A stretch of 64,000 nt of DNA, taken from Perkinsus chesapeaki ATCC PRA-425 (lineage: Eukaryota; Protista; Perkinsozoa). This document shows, in pieces, positions 1 to 12,872 of this stretch. How positions within the stretch are numbered: position 1 is the stretch's first letter; each line of letters starts with the position of its first letter. A program made the translations under genes and the position numbers. Under the pieces are notes generated by a model, which saw nothing but the letters and a program-made list of their open reading frames with translations, made no database searches and was not told where the DNA came from. The stretch lies in the NCBI GenBank assembly GCA_013115145.1, contig JAAPAO010000081.1, forward strand, positions 1 to 64,000, in the 5' to 3' direction.

Positions 1-509
1 TAACCTAGCGTCCGGGTTTCGGGTTGAGTATTGCTGTTCCCTCCCGTAATCCCGTATTCGATGAGATTTCACGTCGAGTGAGACTGAACTGGTGGGGATA
101 AGACGAGGGCGCAAGATATTCAAGAAGAGAAAAGGAAAAATGCCGTCGCGTCGAATTGAACCTGGGCGCTCAGCTTTGCAGCTTGCTTTCTTCGATTAAA
201 GAATGCGAATCTTTCGAATGTTTTTTGATTTCGATCGCCGGAAAAGGAGACGGCTGAATTAAAGCAATATCGATAAACAAACTGTACAGTTATAGCTTTA
301 GCGAAACGTGGAAGTTTCAGAATTGACACTTACCGTCAGTTTCAATTGATGCTTGTGTGTCTCAAACAAATCCAGTGAGTCTCTCGTTCTCAACTTCTCA
401 CAGTACAGCGCTTCCTCGGAAGCATTCTGAGAGCCTTATAATCATGAGTGTTCGTCTCGCTGCTTAGCTTGACCCGTGCAGTTAACACTTATATGGTAAT
501 TTGTATAAG

Positions 510-3111
510 ATGGCCGACAATAACCCACTGTATCCCCCCGTCGTCCCTGCCTTTTACTTATGGCTTGCACTCTTCTGTGGCGTCGTAACATGTGCTACAT
601 CCTTCATGATCTTCACCCCCGCTGTCACTGACGTCTTCTCGGCTAATTTTCTGGTAAGCTCGGCGCATCTTCACCTTGCGTTGTGGAGAGATCACCTTTC
701 CTGTTCAGATACTTGGTGTTGTAATATCTATTATTACAGCCCAGCTCACTTTGGCGGACGCCTTCGAGTGGACCGCCAAGACCGTCATCGCTTCGTGGTA
801 CGGAGCTGGTCTAGGTTGCCTCGTGGTGGCTTTTGTAACCGCGGTAAATCACGGCAAGTACGATCCCTATATCGGGGTCCTGGTGGCGGTGCCCTTTGCT
901 ATTCTGGTTTGTCTAGCTGAACAGTCCAGTGTAACTTATTGCAAGCTGACCTCCCTCTACCGAGGCGATAAAGCTCTCCTGTTAATTCTAGTCGTTGTTG
1001 CTTTTGGGGGCGACGATCCTTACTGGGTCGCCCTCACCGCAGCACTGGCTTATACTATTGGTACTACCATACCTTTAATTGGAACTGTAATCCTTTGGGC
1101 CCTTAAACTCCTACCTCAGAATGGCCCCCCACCGATACCTATGTTCGCACATACGATAGCCAACTACTTCCAAGAGACCACTGCTGTTGCTCCTGTTGGT
1201 GAGGTCCAAGAGCAAGAGCTGGACTATCTCTGGAAGCAGGTCAACAAAGCCTATATGGTGGCAATACGCACACCAGACCTTCATCTTCGTGGCATTATAT
1301 TCTCTATGATATCTTCGCTCGGTACAGTGCGTCACTCACTGAAGTTTGCCTCGTACAGTGACGCTGCTGTTCAGTATCTTTGGGAGCCGCTCGACCACAC
1401 CTTAAATACTATTCGAGTCGAAGCGATTTGTCGACTACGTGCTGGCCGTGATGACCGATTTTTCAAAGCTGACTTGTGTGATCTTTCCCGAGATTTACGC
1501 CGCAAAGTTACCGAGGCGACGGCGGCCTATATGGAGGCAAAGTCGCTCGGGCAAACACCTTCGATACCCGACTCCGAGTTCGCCCGTTTCGGATTTGCCA
1601 CTCGGGAGATCGCACGCTTTACTGCCCTGCTGGGCGACTTTGTATTTAGAATTGAGAACCCTCCGTCTAGGATTCGTACAGGATGGGCGTTGGTTAAATT
1701 CAGGGTCAAAGAGTGGCTGAAGAAGCCTCTTTTCGAGCCTTTAAATCCGCCCACTCCTTGGCGGTTCCGTCTGGCCTTCCCTGTACGTTCGGGCCTTGGC
1801 GGCTGCATAGCTGCGTGGATCATCCTGGGCATTGGTGAGGCCTTGGGTGAGGTAAGGCTGTATGGTCTGTGGATGCTACTGCCCTGTGTGTTCTGCTTTC
1901 TACCTACTCCGGGTGCTTCCCTGGTTAAGGGCAGTAGGCGGCTTGGTGGAACCTTACTGGCTGGTCTGATAGCGGTACTGTGCGTTGTCATCCATCCATA
2001 TAACGACGCTGCCTTCTTCGTTGAACTATTTGTTATTTCCTTCGCTGGAAAGCTTATGAAGTGTCACCCCAAGATTGACTACTCTGGTTTGGTCTTCGCC
2101 TTCACATGGTCTATCGTGGGCTTGCTGGCCGGGATTGACGGTCACTTGGAGAAGCGCGAGATGGTGTTACGCTCTTTGTACAGAGCAGTTTTGACGCTGT
2201 GTGGCGTGCTCCTGGCAACACTGATATCCGCTTTGGTTATGCCGGTCTTCGCCTACGGTAGACTAACTCGCGCAACTGCCCGTTGCCTGCAGTTTACGGG
2301 TGACGCAGTGGCCGAGTCGGTAGAGAGAATCCAGACGGCGACGGCGGAGAACCGGCCAGAACGTGGGGGAGTGGACGAGCGCGTGGTGGGTATTTGCGAC
2401 GAGCTGATGAAGCATCATGAAGAGCGATGGTCTCAGATCACCGATGCTACTGTGGAGACAAAGCTCTTCACTTTGCTTCGGGGGTACTTCAGATCTGAGG
2501 AGCGTCGCGTGAATGCATCACACATTATAGCGGCGCAGCCTTTGCTGGACAGGTTGAATAGACGGACGATGGTCGTGGTGAGCGCGGCGGACTCCTTCCA
2601 TCCCAGCTGGAGAGTGAAGAGCCCCGAGCTGGTTGAGGTGCTGGAGTCTCTCAGTGTCTTCGCGGAGGATATGCGAACGGCTGCGGAGGAGTTGGCCAGT
2701 GTGGCGGTGAAACATGGTAATCGGTTCGGCCTGTGGGAGGCTCGGACGGGGAGGTTTGACGAGGCGGTATCGCTCCTGGGGAAGGTGGAGCGCCTGATGG
2801 GCAAGGCACGTAGGGATTTGCGGAACAGCAGCAGAGAAGCTGCTGGAGACGGCGACCTGCTAACTCAGTGCGTGGAGGAGGAGAGCGATCTGGACGACCT
2901 TTACTCGCTTGTGAGAGCGCTGGGAATCTTTGTGGAAGCCTGGAAGCAGGTGGAGTATATGATGTACTTCGGTTACACTAGAGGGTCCATGAACCCCTTT
3001 GACCTCCGAACTATGCAGAGCAAGACTATTGAGATGAGAAGGTTCTCCACTGGAGGAATCCCTCGCCTTCGAACGCACTCGTTTAACCCTACTGGCCCAG
3101 ATCAGGTTTGA
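510..3111 (+). CDS. ALMT/FUSC(ArAE)-like two-module membrane protein, array gene 1 (subfamily A); exons 510-653, 709-3111
   Basis: ATG510; GT..AG intron 654-708 joins in frame to the 811-aa ORF. Contains WMLLPCVFCFLPTPGASLVKGSRRLGGT, resembling the ALMT W-A-V-x-T-V-V-V-V...GATLxKGLNRxxGT segment, plus two hydrophobic TM clusters. Confidence 0.85.
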
Positions 3112-3663
3112 TCATGGTTGTTGCTGCTGTTGTTTATACTACTATTAGCTACTACATTCACCTCACCACAGAGACGTCTTTGACTATATTCTCACTACTA
3201 TATAACCTTTTGATGTATTAAGTGAGGCGATCTCGCGTTGTGTACAAGTCGCTAATAACAGTCTTTACTTAGCTTTTTATCGGCGTTCACTATGCGACCT
3301 TCACTGAAGGGAGGCTGGGGACTCTGAGGTACTATTTGATTGGGGACCGGGAAGGCTCTGGGGATGTCGCTGATTCTTACAGATGGTCTGCCGTGGCCAA
3401 TCTGCTGTCAGCCTCCTTCAACTATCTTGTGGTAGCTCGTTCTGGTAGGTAGGCTCCGATAGTGCTCCATTGCTTTGCGCGTAGTGTTTGCTGCAGTGAC
3501 ATCGCTTTCCGCGTCTGTTGCGATTCTAGTAACAACTTCCTACCAAACCTGGACATGAGAGGGTCTCAACCAGTGAAGTCTTGTGTTTCGATGCACCAAG
3601 ATGTGGTTGGTTTTCGAATTTGGGCATATTGGTTTACATAGTGTTTCTCTCGCCTCGTTGTTA

Positions 3664-6281
3664 ATGGCAAATAGCTGTTCGCCGCCTAGTATCTTATCTT
3701 ACAACTTCTACTCGGCCTTCTTCTCGGGAGTAGCAGCCTGTGCTTGTTTCTATGCTGTGATCCTTCCCGAAGGTCCCCTGACTGGCATCACGGTAATACC
3801 GTCTCTCATGCCGGTGGATGACCGTTGATCGCTCTGTCAGGTGGTAGCACCGCTTTGGGCAGGGATCGTTATGTTCGTAGACATCCCCACTACCGCCGAT
3901 TGGTGCCTTAAGACCATAACTGGCACCATCATCGGTGCCGCGGTGGGCCTTGCCGTGGCCTCGGTGGTGCATGCTTTAACAGAGGAGTATGAGCAGTATG
4001 TCGGAGTGATAGTGATGATTCCATTTGGAACGCTGCTGGTGGTTAGCGATGCCTCCACAGGCTGCAAGCTGTTCAGCGTTTACCGCTATGATGTTGCGCT
4101 GATCACATCCTATGTGATCGTCGCTTTCGGCCCCGGCAGCTACCTCCAGCGAGCCGTAGTTATGTCTCTTACGTTCCTGATAGGATCCGCGGTCCCTCTT
4201 GCGCTAGTGCTATTGTTGAATGTGCTGTGGAGGGTACCGCGTTCGACAGCGCCCCCACTGCCCGCGTTTGCAAATCGGGCTGCTAGTTTTTTTGAGACAC
4301 TCGCGACGCTGGCTATGAGCGGGGAAAGCCAGGCCGAGTGGCTGGACAAGGCCCGTCTGGACTTCGAGGAGGTTTGGCGGCAGGCCTCTGACACCGCTGC
4401 CAGCGATCCTGAGCTCCGCACGGTTATTTACCGTATGGGAGCGGAGCTGCTGGCTATGAGGAAGACTATTAGGGACGGCCTGTACAGCGAGGGGATCTTG
4501 GAGTTCATGTGGAGCTCGCTGTTGATGGATCTCACAGACCTCCGCATTGAAGTTGTCTCCTGGTTGAAGACGCTGACGAGGCCGAGAAGCCGGGATCCGA
4601 GGGAGGCTGAGGGCCCTAATTTGAAGGCCAGCGCGAGGAAGCTGGAGTCGCGGCTGGTGGAGAGATCGCTGGACTATAGCAGGTTGCAAGTTTCTGGGAA
4701 CGCTGGGATTGTTCCGGCCAATGACGTTGTTCGTTTTCAATACGCGATGTCATCTGTGACGAGGTTTGCGATGCTGACCCAAGAGTTTTATGAGATAGTA
4801 CGGAGCAAGGAGGAGGAATCGCAGGGCACGATGGTAGTATGGGAATAATTATGTGGCGCGCGGTCCTGTGTTTAGTGCTATTTGTACTTCAGAGACTAAA
4901 AGGCGTGCGGAAGTTCATCACCCAAACAGTCCGTTATTGGCGGGAGTGGTATGCGAGCCCGTGGTTTTCCAACGGTCCCTTTCGTGGGAAGCTATCCTCC
5001 AGATTGGCGTTTCCGATTCGCCTAGGCCTCTCCCTCACAGTGATGTGCCTTGTCATTATAGCTTGGGGCAGATCTGATCCCAAGATGGCCGGGCATGCAC
5101 TGTGGGCTGTGATTGCCATTATGCTTTGTTTTCTACCGACAGCGGGAGCATCTCTGGTGAAGGGGGTTCGGCGAATGGTCGGGACTCTGCTGGCCTCCGG
5201 CATCGCAATCGCTTGTGTGGCCATCCATCCACATAATATAGAGGCTTTCTTCCTAGAGCTATTTATTATTACTTTCGTTGGTAAGCTGGCCAGCTTCAAC
5301 TCCGACATAGGTTATGCTGGACTAGTTTTCAGCCTCACTTGGACGATCGTGGCCATCACCCCCGAGAGCTTCAACGGCGATGAGCCTGTTCAAGCCGTAT
5401 TGGTGGCAGCGGCGTGGCGAATGGCTCTCAACAGCATTGGTATTGTTGCGGCCACAGTGCTGTCCTGGATCGTCTTCCCGACATTTGCGACCACCAAGAT
5501 GGAGCGCTTGACTGCATGGGAGCTGGTCTCGCAGGCGAAGCTGGTAACGACGGCCTTGGAGCACCTTGTGGGCTTCGACATGCCCGAAGCGGAGGCAGAT
5601 GCGATCGGTACAGAGGACGGTTCAATGTTATACCTGTCAAGCGCCGAGCGCCACGCGCTAGATTTGGACGCCAAGGCGGAGGCGGTGATACTGGGGAAGA
5701 TGGGGGTGCTGGGCCTCGCGACGCAGAGAGTTCTTGACGTACAGGCTGATGTTGATCGTCTGGGCCGCAGTGCTATAGTGGCGAGGGTCGCTATTATGGA
5801 CTGCGCTACCAGCATTTCCGGGCCGGCCACTGAGGAGTTGTTGGAACCTCTCAAAGGGCATCTGTCTCGCATGGTGATGACACTGAAGGACGCGGTGTCT
5901 CGGGTGGTGCTGTTCATCGTCGACAGCAGCAGTATTATGCCGGACAACGTAAATGCGCCGACGCCTATTCAGGACCCTGGAGTGCAGATGCAACGGACTT
6001 ACGATGCGTTCGTTAAGCTGCGAGAAAGGCTCATTATAGTTCCACTTGACGGCAACTCGGACCTCATGGCCAATGTCCTCAGCTCTGGCGGGATCCCCTT
6101 CTATCACGCCCTTTATACGCTAACGCTCTTTATAGAGGATTGGCGGGAGGTGGAGTGCTGCCTTCGAGGGGTGGACAGTCTGCAGGGGGCTGGTCTGGTG
6201 AATGGCATCCAGGATGATGGTGATGCTGAAGAGGGCGCTCAATGCCGAGAGTCGGTCGCGAAAATCGCGCCGCCTTGTTGA
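3664..6281 (+). CDS. ALMT/FUSC-like protein, array gene 2; exons 3664-3792, 3841-4833, 4893-6281
   Basis: Two phase-0 GT-AG introns join the ORFs at 3841 and 4839 in frame; motif WAVIAIMLCFLPTAGASLVKGVRRMVGT. Confidence 0.85.
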
Positions 6282-6396
6282 TTTTTTCGTTTAATGTTGT
6301 TGCATTTGCTCTCTCGACTACATGGTCGAAGTTTCCTACCTCTTCATCCTTGTGTTCGACCTGTTCCAGTTGCTCTGGTAGTTGTATTGTTGGTAT

Positions 6397-9235
6397 ATGC
6401 TTGACCAGCTACCATCCATACCTATATACAAGCTGCTAACAGCCATGTACACGGGCCTACTGGCCTGTCTCTGCTCATGGGCAGTCTTCATCATGCCTGG
6501 CGGCCGCGGAGCTAACATTACGGTAGTAGTAGAGGGCAATGGTGGTTGAGAGATCTAGCAGTGCGAGTCTTTGAGTTATCGATGTTCCTTTTTGAAATAG
6601 AACTCAGTGGAATGCAGCTTCCATTTGGGGAGAAATTAATATCGAAGCCTGAATGTTAAGCAAGCTTGTGGGAGATGGATTCATTTACACTGCAAAATTA
6701 CACCGGCCCTTAGCGGCTGAAGCAACCAGTATCTTGCTGGTTGCATTTCCTCGGAGCACTACTGCCTCCCATCTTCACCATTAATTTCTCTGCTTCTTCA
6801 ACTCAGGTCCTCGCCCCAGTATGGGCTCTCATCACTGCCTTCCTCAACATCAGTGCTAACTACGACCAATCCCTTCGTTCCCTCGTCGGTGCAGCACTAG
6901 GCCTGTTTAACACAGAGCTAGTGGCCCTCCTGGTCACTGTATGCTCCACGACGGGCTACAACGCTTGGATCGGTGTCATCGTCAGCTTTCCTCTCACGTT
7001 CCTCCTGGCCATTGGCGACCCTGCCAGCGGCAGCAAGCTGTGCAACGTGTTCCGATCGGATGTGGCGATGGAGTGCATGTACATCCCTCTGGCATTCCCC
7101 AACGGCCAGCCCTTCTATCACGGCCTCCTCACTTCGGGGGCGTTCGCGGTTGGCTCAGCCGAGACCTTTATTGCAACTACCATTCTTAACGCATTCAATT
7201 TGTTACCTAGATCCTCGGTGCCGGCCATCCCAGCGTTCGCTCGGGCTGCTGCCGACTACTTCGAGACGCTGGCGACATATGTTACTAGCGGCACTGACCA
7301 CCTCAACTTCATCGACCGTCAGAGGGCACAGTTTGACGTGGCGTGGCGAGCTGCAGCGAAGGCGGCTCCCAACCCCAAGATACGCAGCATTATCTACCAG
7401 ATGTCCTCGGAACTCATCGCCCTTCGCCAGACCCTCCGTGATGGCGGCTACAGTCAGAGCATTCTCCACTATATATGGCACCCGCTGGTCCCCGATTTGG
7501 TGGACTTGCGGCTCGAGGTGGTATATTGGCTGAGGCAGACTGCGGTGCCCCTGAAGCCTGGCGATGAGATTGACGCGACGGAGCTGCTGGCGATGGCCGA
7601 GCAGGTCCAGGGGCGGCTTACCGACGAGTCTCTCTTGTACAGCAAGGCGGTTGTGTCGGGAGAATCCGATTTGTCCCCGGCGAACGACATTGTCCGTTTC
7701 CAGTTCGCGTTCTCGTTGATAGCTCACTTTGCTGTGTTGGCTGATGAGTTCCACACACTGGTGAGAGACTATGAGATGAGTCTGCCTGAGAAGACCAAGA
7801 GGGTAAGCTGGACCAGCCGTTTCGCGGAACACAGTGGAGTGTTTTCTCTGTTCAGTTTGACTGGTGGGGCCGACTTACACGTTATCTCTCCGAATGCAAG
7901 AAGTATTGGATACATTGGTGGCATCTCCCCTTCTGGGCCTACGGCAATATGACCCTCAGGCAGAGGCTTACCCATCCCCTTAGACTGTCCCTTTCTATTA
8001 CCCTCTTTGCCTTGCCCCTTATCGCCTGGGCCCAGGGCGAGCCTGTTGTGGAGTCGTACGGCTTCTGGGGCCTAGTACCCTTGCTGTTCTGTCTCCTACC
8101 AACTCCAGGAGCATCATTGGTGAAGGGAACGAAGCGTATCATCGGCACCCTCCTGGCAGCTGTAACTGCCATCATTTGTGTGTCGGCTAATCCACGTAAC
8201 ATCCCCGCCTACGAGGTGGAGATGTTCGTGGTGGTGACCCTCGGCAAGCTCGCCTCGCTGTATTCCAGCATCGACTATGCTGGCACAGTGTTCGCCTTCA
8301 CATGGATGATCATCGGGATTATTCCGAGTTTGAATGTCACCTTCGACAGGACCGAGATGATCTACTGGTCTCTGTGGCGTGTAGCGCTGACTCTCATTGG
8401 CACCTTCGGCGGTACCCTCATTACTTGCTTCATCTTTCCCACATTCGCCATGACCAAGCTCGACAAGGAGTCGGCCCACGAGCTGCTTACTCAGGCGGAC
8501 ATGGTGGCCAGCTCTATAGAGGAGCTCTGCCGCATAGAGAAGGGCCCCGCGGTCAATCCCGACAATCGGCGTTATGAAGTTGGCGACGCGTTCTGGAAAT
8601 CCTGCGATACCAGAACTGGCCTCACCCCGGAAGCCAGAGCGGAAGCGCTGGTGCTTGGGAAGACCTCTTTCGTGGACGATACTACTCGGGCGGTGATCAA
8701 GATCCAAGGCAGCATCAGCTGCATGGGAAGGAGCGCTCTGGTGGCCCACGCTACCATCGCCGACTGCACCCGCTCCATTTCGGAGCCGGCTATCTCGCTG
8801 GTCTTGGACCCCCTCCGAGAGCAGCTTTCAAGGCTTTCTGCTGCCATAAGGGATTCTTCCTCAAAAGTGGCGTTGCAGATTCTCGATGACCACAGCTCGA
8901 AGAAAATGATCGTTGATGGCGATTTAGTGGGCAGTCAAGTCAACGTGGAGATGCAAAACATGGTCGACCACTTTGTCGAGATCAGGAAGAATCTTTTATC
9001 AGGCGAGGACGCCAACCTCGACGGTTTCACCAAGGCCATCCGGGCCGGCCTGTACACACTGTACCACAGCTTCTACACGCTGAGGCTGTTCACTGATGAC
9101 TGGGTGAAGATCGAGACGGTTATCTTGGGCTATAAAGAGCTCAGTCCAAAACGGACGAGAGCGTTCAGTGGTGCACCACAGGAGATGGTCAACCGGGCCA
9201 GGGCCCACATCAAGTCCGTGGCGGTTAAGGCCTGA
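6397..9235 (+). CDS. ALMT/FUSC-like protein, array gene 3 (subfamily B); exons 6397-6522, 6807-7802, 7856-9235
   Basis: Phase-0 introns 6523-6806 and 7803-7855 give one continuous frame; motif FWGLVPLLFCLLPTPGASLVKGTKRIIGT. Confidence 0.85.
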
Positions 9236-9621
9236 TAGTGGCGCCGGCGGTGCAGCACGTTTGTTCCTTTCCGACCGAGACCCCTTAGGGCCTTTGGTCT
9301 GGTATGTCCTTCTGACACTTATGTTGTCATCGGTCTAATGGCTCGTTTCTCTTATCAGTTGAGGCGCCCCAGTTATTGTGGTTATAGTATTACTATTAAG
9401 AAGGTCCCTTGCATACAGTATAAGCAAAGACACCGTTGAAATCATATTTGCGTTGTGCTGGTTTCTTCCCTCTATTCTCGAGTCTAGTGTTGCGGGAACG
9501 ACAGATTCTCCCATTAACTCCCAGTAGCTTCCTTGAATGGGCTTAGTTGACTTACCGGTTCATGCCGGAATCATTTGTCGCTTTAACTGGGCGAATGATT
9601 ACTATAAGGAGATCTAGAAGA

Positions 9622-9681
9622 CTGATCTATTGTGAATCATATATATAATATAATATCGGTAGATGATCCACAATAGATCAG
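9622..9681. repeat. 19-bp inverted repeat (1 mismatch) around a 22-nt AT-rich loop
   Basis: CTGATCTATTGTGAATCAT (9622-9640) and ATGATCCACAATAGATCAG (9663-9681). Confidence 0.8.
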
Positions 9682-9753
9682 AATATAACGGAAAATATAG
9701 ACTATACCGAATCTATTCTATCCATTAGAAGATCTTTATAAAAACGTTCCAAC

Positions 9754-12575
9754 ATGCCCAAAGTCGCTCCGGACATTCTTCCAAGCTTCACGTCATTTCA
9801 GCTCTTGAACGCAGCATACGGAAGTCTCGTCGCATGCCTGGTCGCCTCTGGACAGTTTCTTCCGTGGTTTGGGGACCGGTTCAGTATCCAGCTCTTCGTA
9901 AGGGGGAGGCGAAGTGACCACGTATAGAAGCTTGTCGTACTGAGGCCCCTTATAGGAACGAGTTTGGACGCTGGACTAGTGCAGTTTCATGTTCGTGGAA
10001 TTTCCGCGGTATGTGTAGATAACTGAGAAGCTCATAGAAAATATGTTACTTGTGGAAAAAGTAGCATCAGGCCTTCCTTTGGGAACTAAATATATATGAT
10101 GTTCCTCTGCGACCGCCTTACTTCGACAAAGCATACAATCTTTCCTCCTCAGGCACTTTCGACAGCATGGGCACTGGCCTATACAAGTCTGGACTATTCC
10201 TTTGCCGTTGACTTTGCTTGGAAGACCTACATAGGAGCTTGCATGGGAGCGGCTCTCGGTGCCATATTGGTTTACGTCACTGCGCCCCTAAATGGCGGCG
10301 TCTACAGCCCCATGTGGGCATCGCTGTTCGGACTTCCCTTCTGTTTTATCCTCGCTATGGGGTGCCAGGGCAAAGCCAGCGAGGCGTACTCTTACACTAG
10401 TGCGCTTCTCAGAATGTACAGCATACTAGCCTTTGGCGAAGGCGAGCCGTACAACAAGGCCCTCTTTATTATTGTTGTCGGATTTTGCTCGGACATGGTT
10501 CCGATGCTTGTCGTCTCGGTCCTCAACTGCTTCGGCATGCTCCCCTTAAAGGCGCTGCCTCCTCTTCCGCGTTTCGAGCAAGCTCTGAAGAGCTACCTTG
10601 AGCTTTCGGTTTTCTATTTGGTCGACGCGAGGAAACACAAGAGATATCTGGACAGGAAAAGGGACGACCTAGTGGAAGCGTTTCGAGCAGTCTTAAAGGC
10701 GAATGTGCCGAAGCCGTTGAAACTGGACGCGTCGAACGTCGTTGGATTGCTGCACGGCTTTCATGCCTCCGCCACGACCAGGGCCTTCGGACGGCAGGCC
10801 ATCGAGCATTTTTGGGCACCCTTGCGCGGCGATATAGGGAAGCTGGCCTCACTTATGGGCATGGTGCTGACGGAGCCATTTGACGAGGAACTCACCAGAC
10901 GGCTGAGAGATTCGAGTGAACGACTTCTGCGGCAAGTGAGGGTGTCTACGGTCGAGTACGGTCGGAAGGTGGCCGATGCGAAGTGCCCACTTTTCTCTAC
11001 TAGAGAGTTGGCGCGGATAGAATTAGCTCTCCTTATCGTGCCGCGGTGCAGCCTGATAGTAGCTGATTACGTGGAGAAGAAACATGTGCAAGAATTGGTC
11101 TGTCGCGGGCATGTGGCTTGCACGGTGAGACCTCATTTTCATTCTGTCTCTTCTACACGCATCCTCTTCAGTTTCCTATCCCTACATTTCTCCGAGACTT
11201 TAAAGCTTGGATCCGCAAGCCGTGGTATCCTGCCAGTCTCTCTCGATGGGAGCGTGTTCGATATCCTCTTCGGTTCACCATATGTCTGCAGGCTGTGGTC
11301 TGGCTAGCAGTTGGCTTGGCCAGTCGCTTCGAGATTGTGGCCGCGGAAGGCTGGTGGATCATCGTCCCCGCGATTCTCTGTTCCTTCGACGCCTTCGGCC
11401 TGACAGTCAGCAAAGGCGGTCGAAGAATTCTGGGTATCTTCCTGGGCGGTGTATTGGCGCTGATACCCCTTGCCATTCACCCAGGCCAAAGGGCGCCCTT
11501 TTTGCTGGAGCTCTTCATTGTGGGAGCAATCTCTAAGCTGGTTACTGATCTGCCCTCGATAGACTACACCGGTTTGCAGACGGGCGTTACCTTTATCATA
11601 GTCGGCTTTGCTGATGGTATCAATCCTGAGGAGAGCGAAGCGAAGCGGTATTTGTTGGCTGGGCTTCGGCTCCTGTGTAACAGCGGTGGACTTATCCTTT
11701 TTATGCTGATGACACTATTGACGAGACCGCCGTACTCGGGGGAGCTCCTGGCGAAGGCGACTTCTAGAGAGATCGACAGTATCTCCGGTTACGTCACCTC
11801 CATTGTTCGGGCGCTCCGTGGGCGGCCCGATGTAGCCTTCCCTGACAGGGTAGAGAAAGGGTTGACCTTGATTGATTTGGACGGAGCACGAATCGCCAAG
11901 ATTCCTTCGGTCAGAGCGGAAGCCAGGGCCCTGAGGGTGATAGGCATTTCTACAACTCGCTGTGGGGTCGGCTCTGCTAGGCTGGTAGCGGCCCAGGCAT
12001 CGGTGCCCGGCTTACTGCACGGGGTTGCCATGGTCTATACGGAGCTTAGCAACTGCGATTTGAAAATGGGTGTTGCGGCAGGCAAGCTCCTTTTGGAACC
12101 GGTCCAGAGCCTCCTGGAGGACTTCGAGGATTCACTCACCCTGGCCGCCATAGAGATCAACAAGGCTCTCACTAGTAACGCTGGCAGCGGTCAGGCTATA
12201 GCGGCCACACGGGAGGCACTGGACGCATATCTTCGCCTGGACGCGGCGTTCCAGAGCGTCAGGGCGGATCTTCTATATCGGCGAACTTGGGCCACTTCGG
12301 GGGATGTGATGGCATCAACCAAGCTAGCGGAGGTTGTCTCTGGTGGCGGCGGCGTCAGCTTGCATGTGGCACTGTATTCTCTGGGATTTTTCGTGGAAGA
12401 ATGGGTGCAGTTCGCCAGCCTTCTGTTAGGGGCCGACATTAGGTTCCCGAACGAGCCTAGCGCAGACGATTCCACAGACACAAGTCCGTGTGATCGCCAG
12501 TCGACCATCACCACCCTCTCCCGGTGCCTATCGGAAGGGCAGGGTATCGTTCACCGCAAAGTTAGTGCCCGATAA
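9754..12575 (+). CDS. ALMT/FUSC-like protein, array gene 4 (subfamily C); exons 9754-9897, 10153-11124, 11172-12575
   Basis: In-frame splicing at positions homologous to the other paralogs; motif WWIIVPAILCSFDAFGLTVSKGGRRILG. Confidence 0.83.
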
Positions 12576-12872
12576 CCGAGCCAGTAACAGCCCTATTTTG
12601 TTTCGGCTTCCCTCATTCTGAAAAGGACACGTACAATTTTTGTCTGTATTTTTCCAGCTTTTCTATTACTCGGTGCATTTGTAATTGCTCAAGGACGGTC
12701 GACATTATCCCTTCTTTTTGCTCTAAGAAGCAGTAGAGTTGTTTTTAAATGGAGGCTTATCTTTCGGCTCACCATAGCGTGTACAATTTGTGCAGTACAA
12801 GTCTCCTACCGAAACAGCTTCCTGGACTTTGCGGATTCTTCCAGTGTTTGCTTTCGCTTCATCTGATGCATA

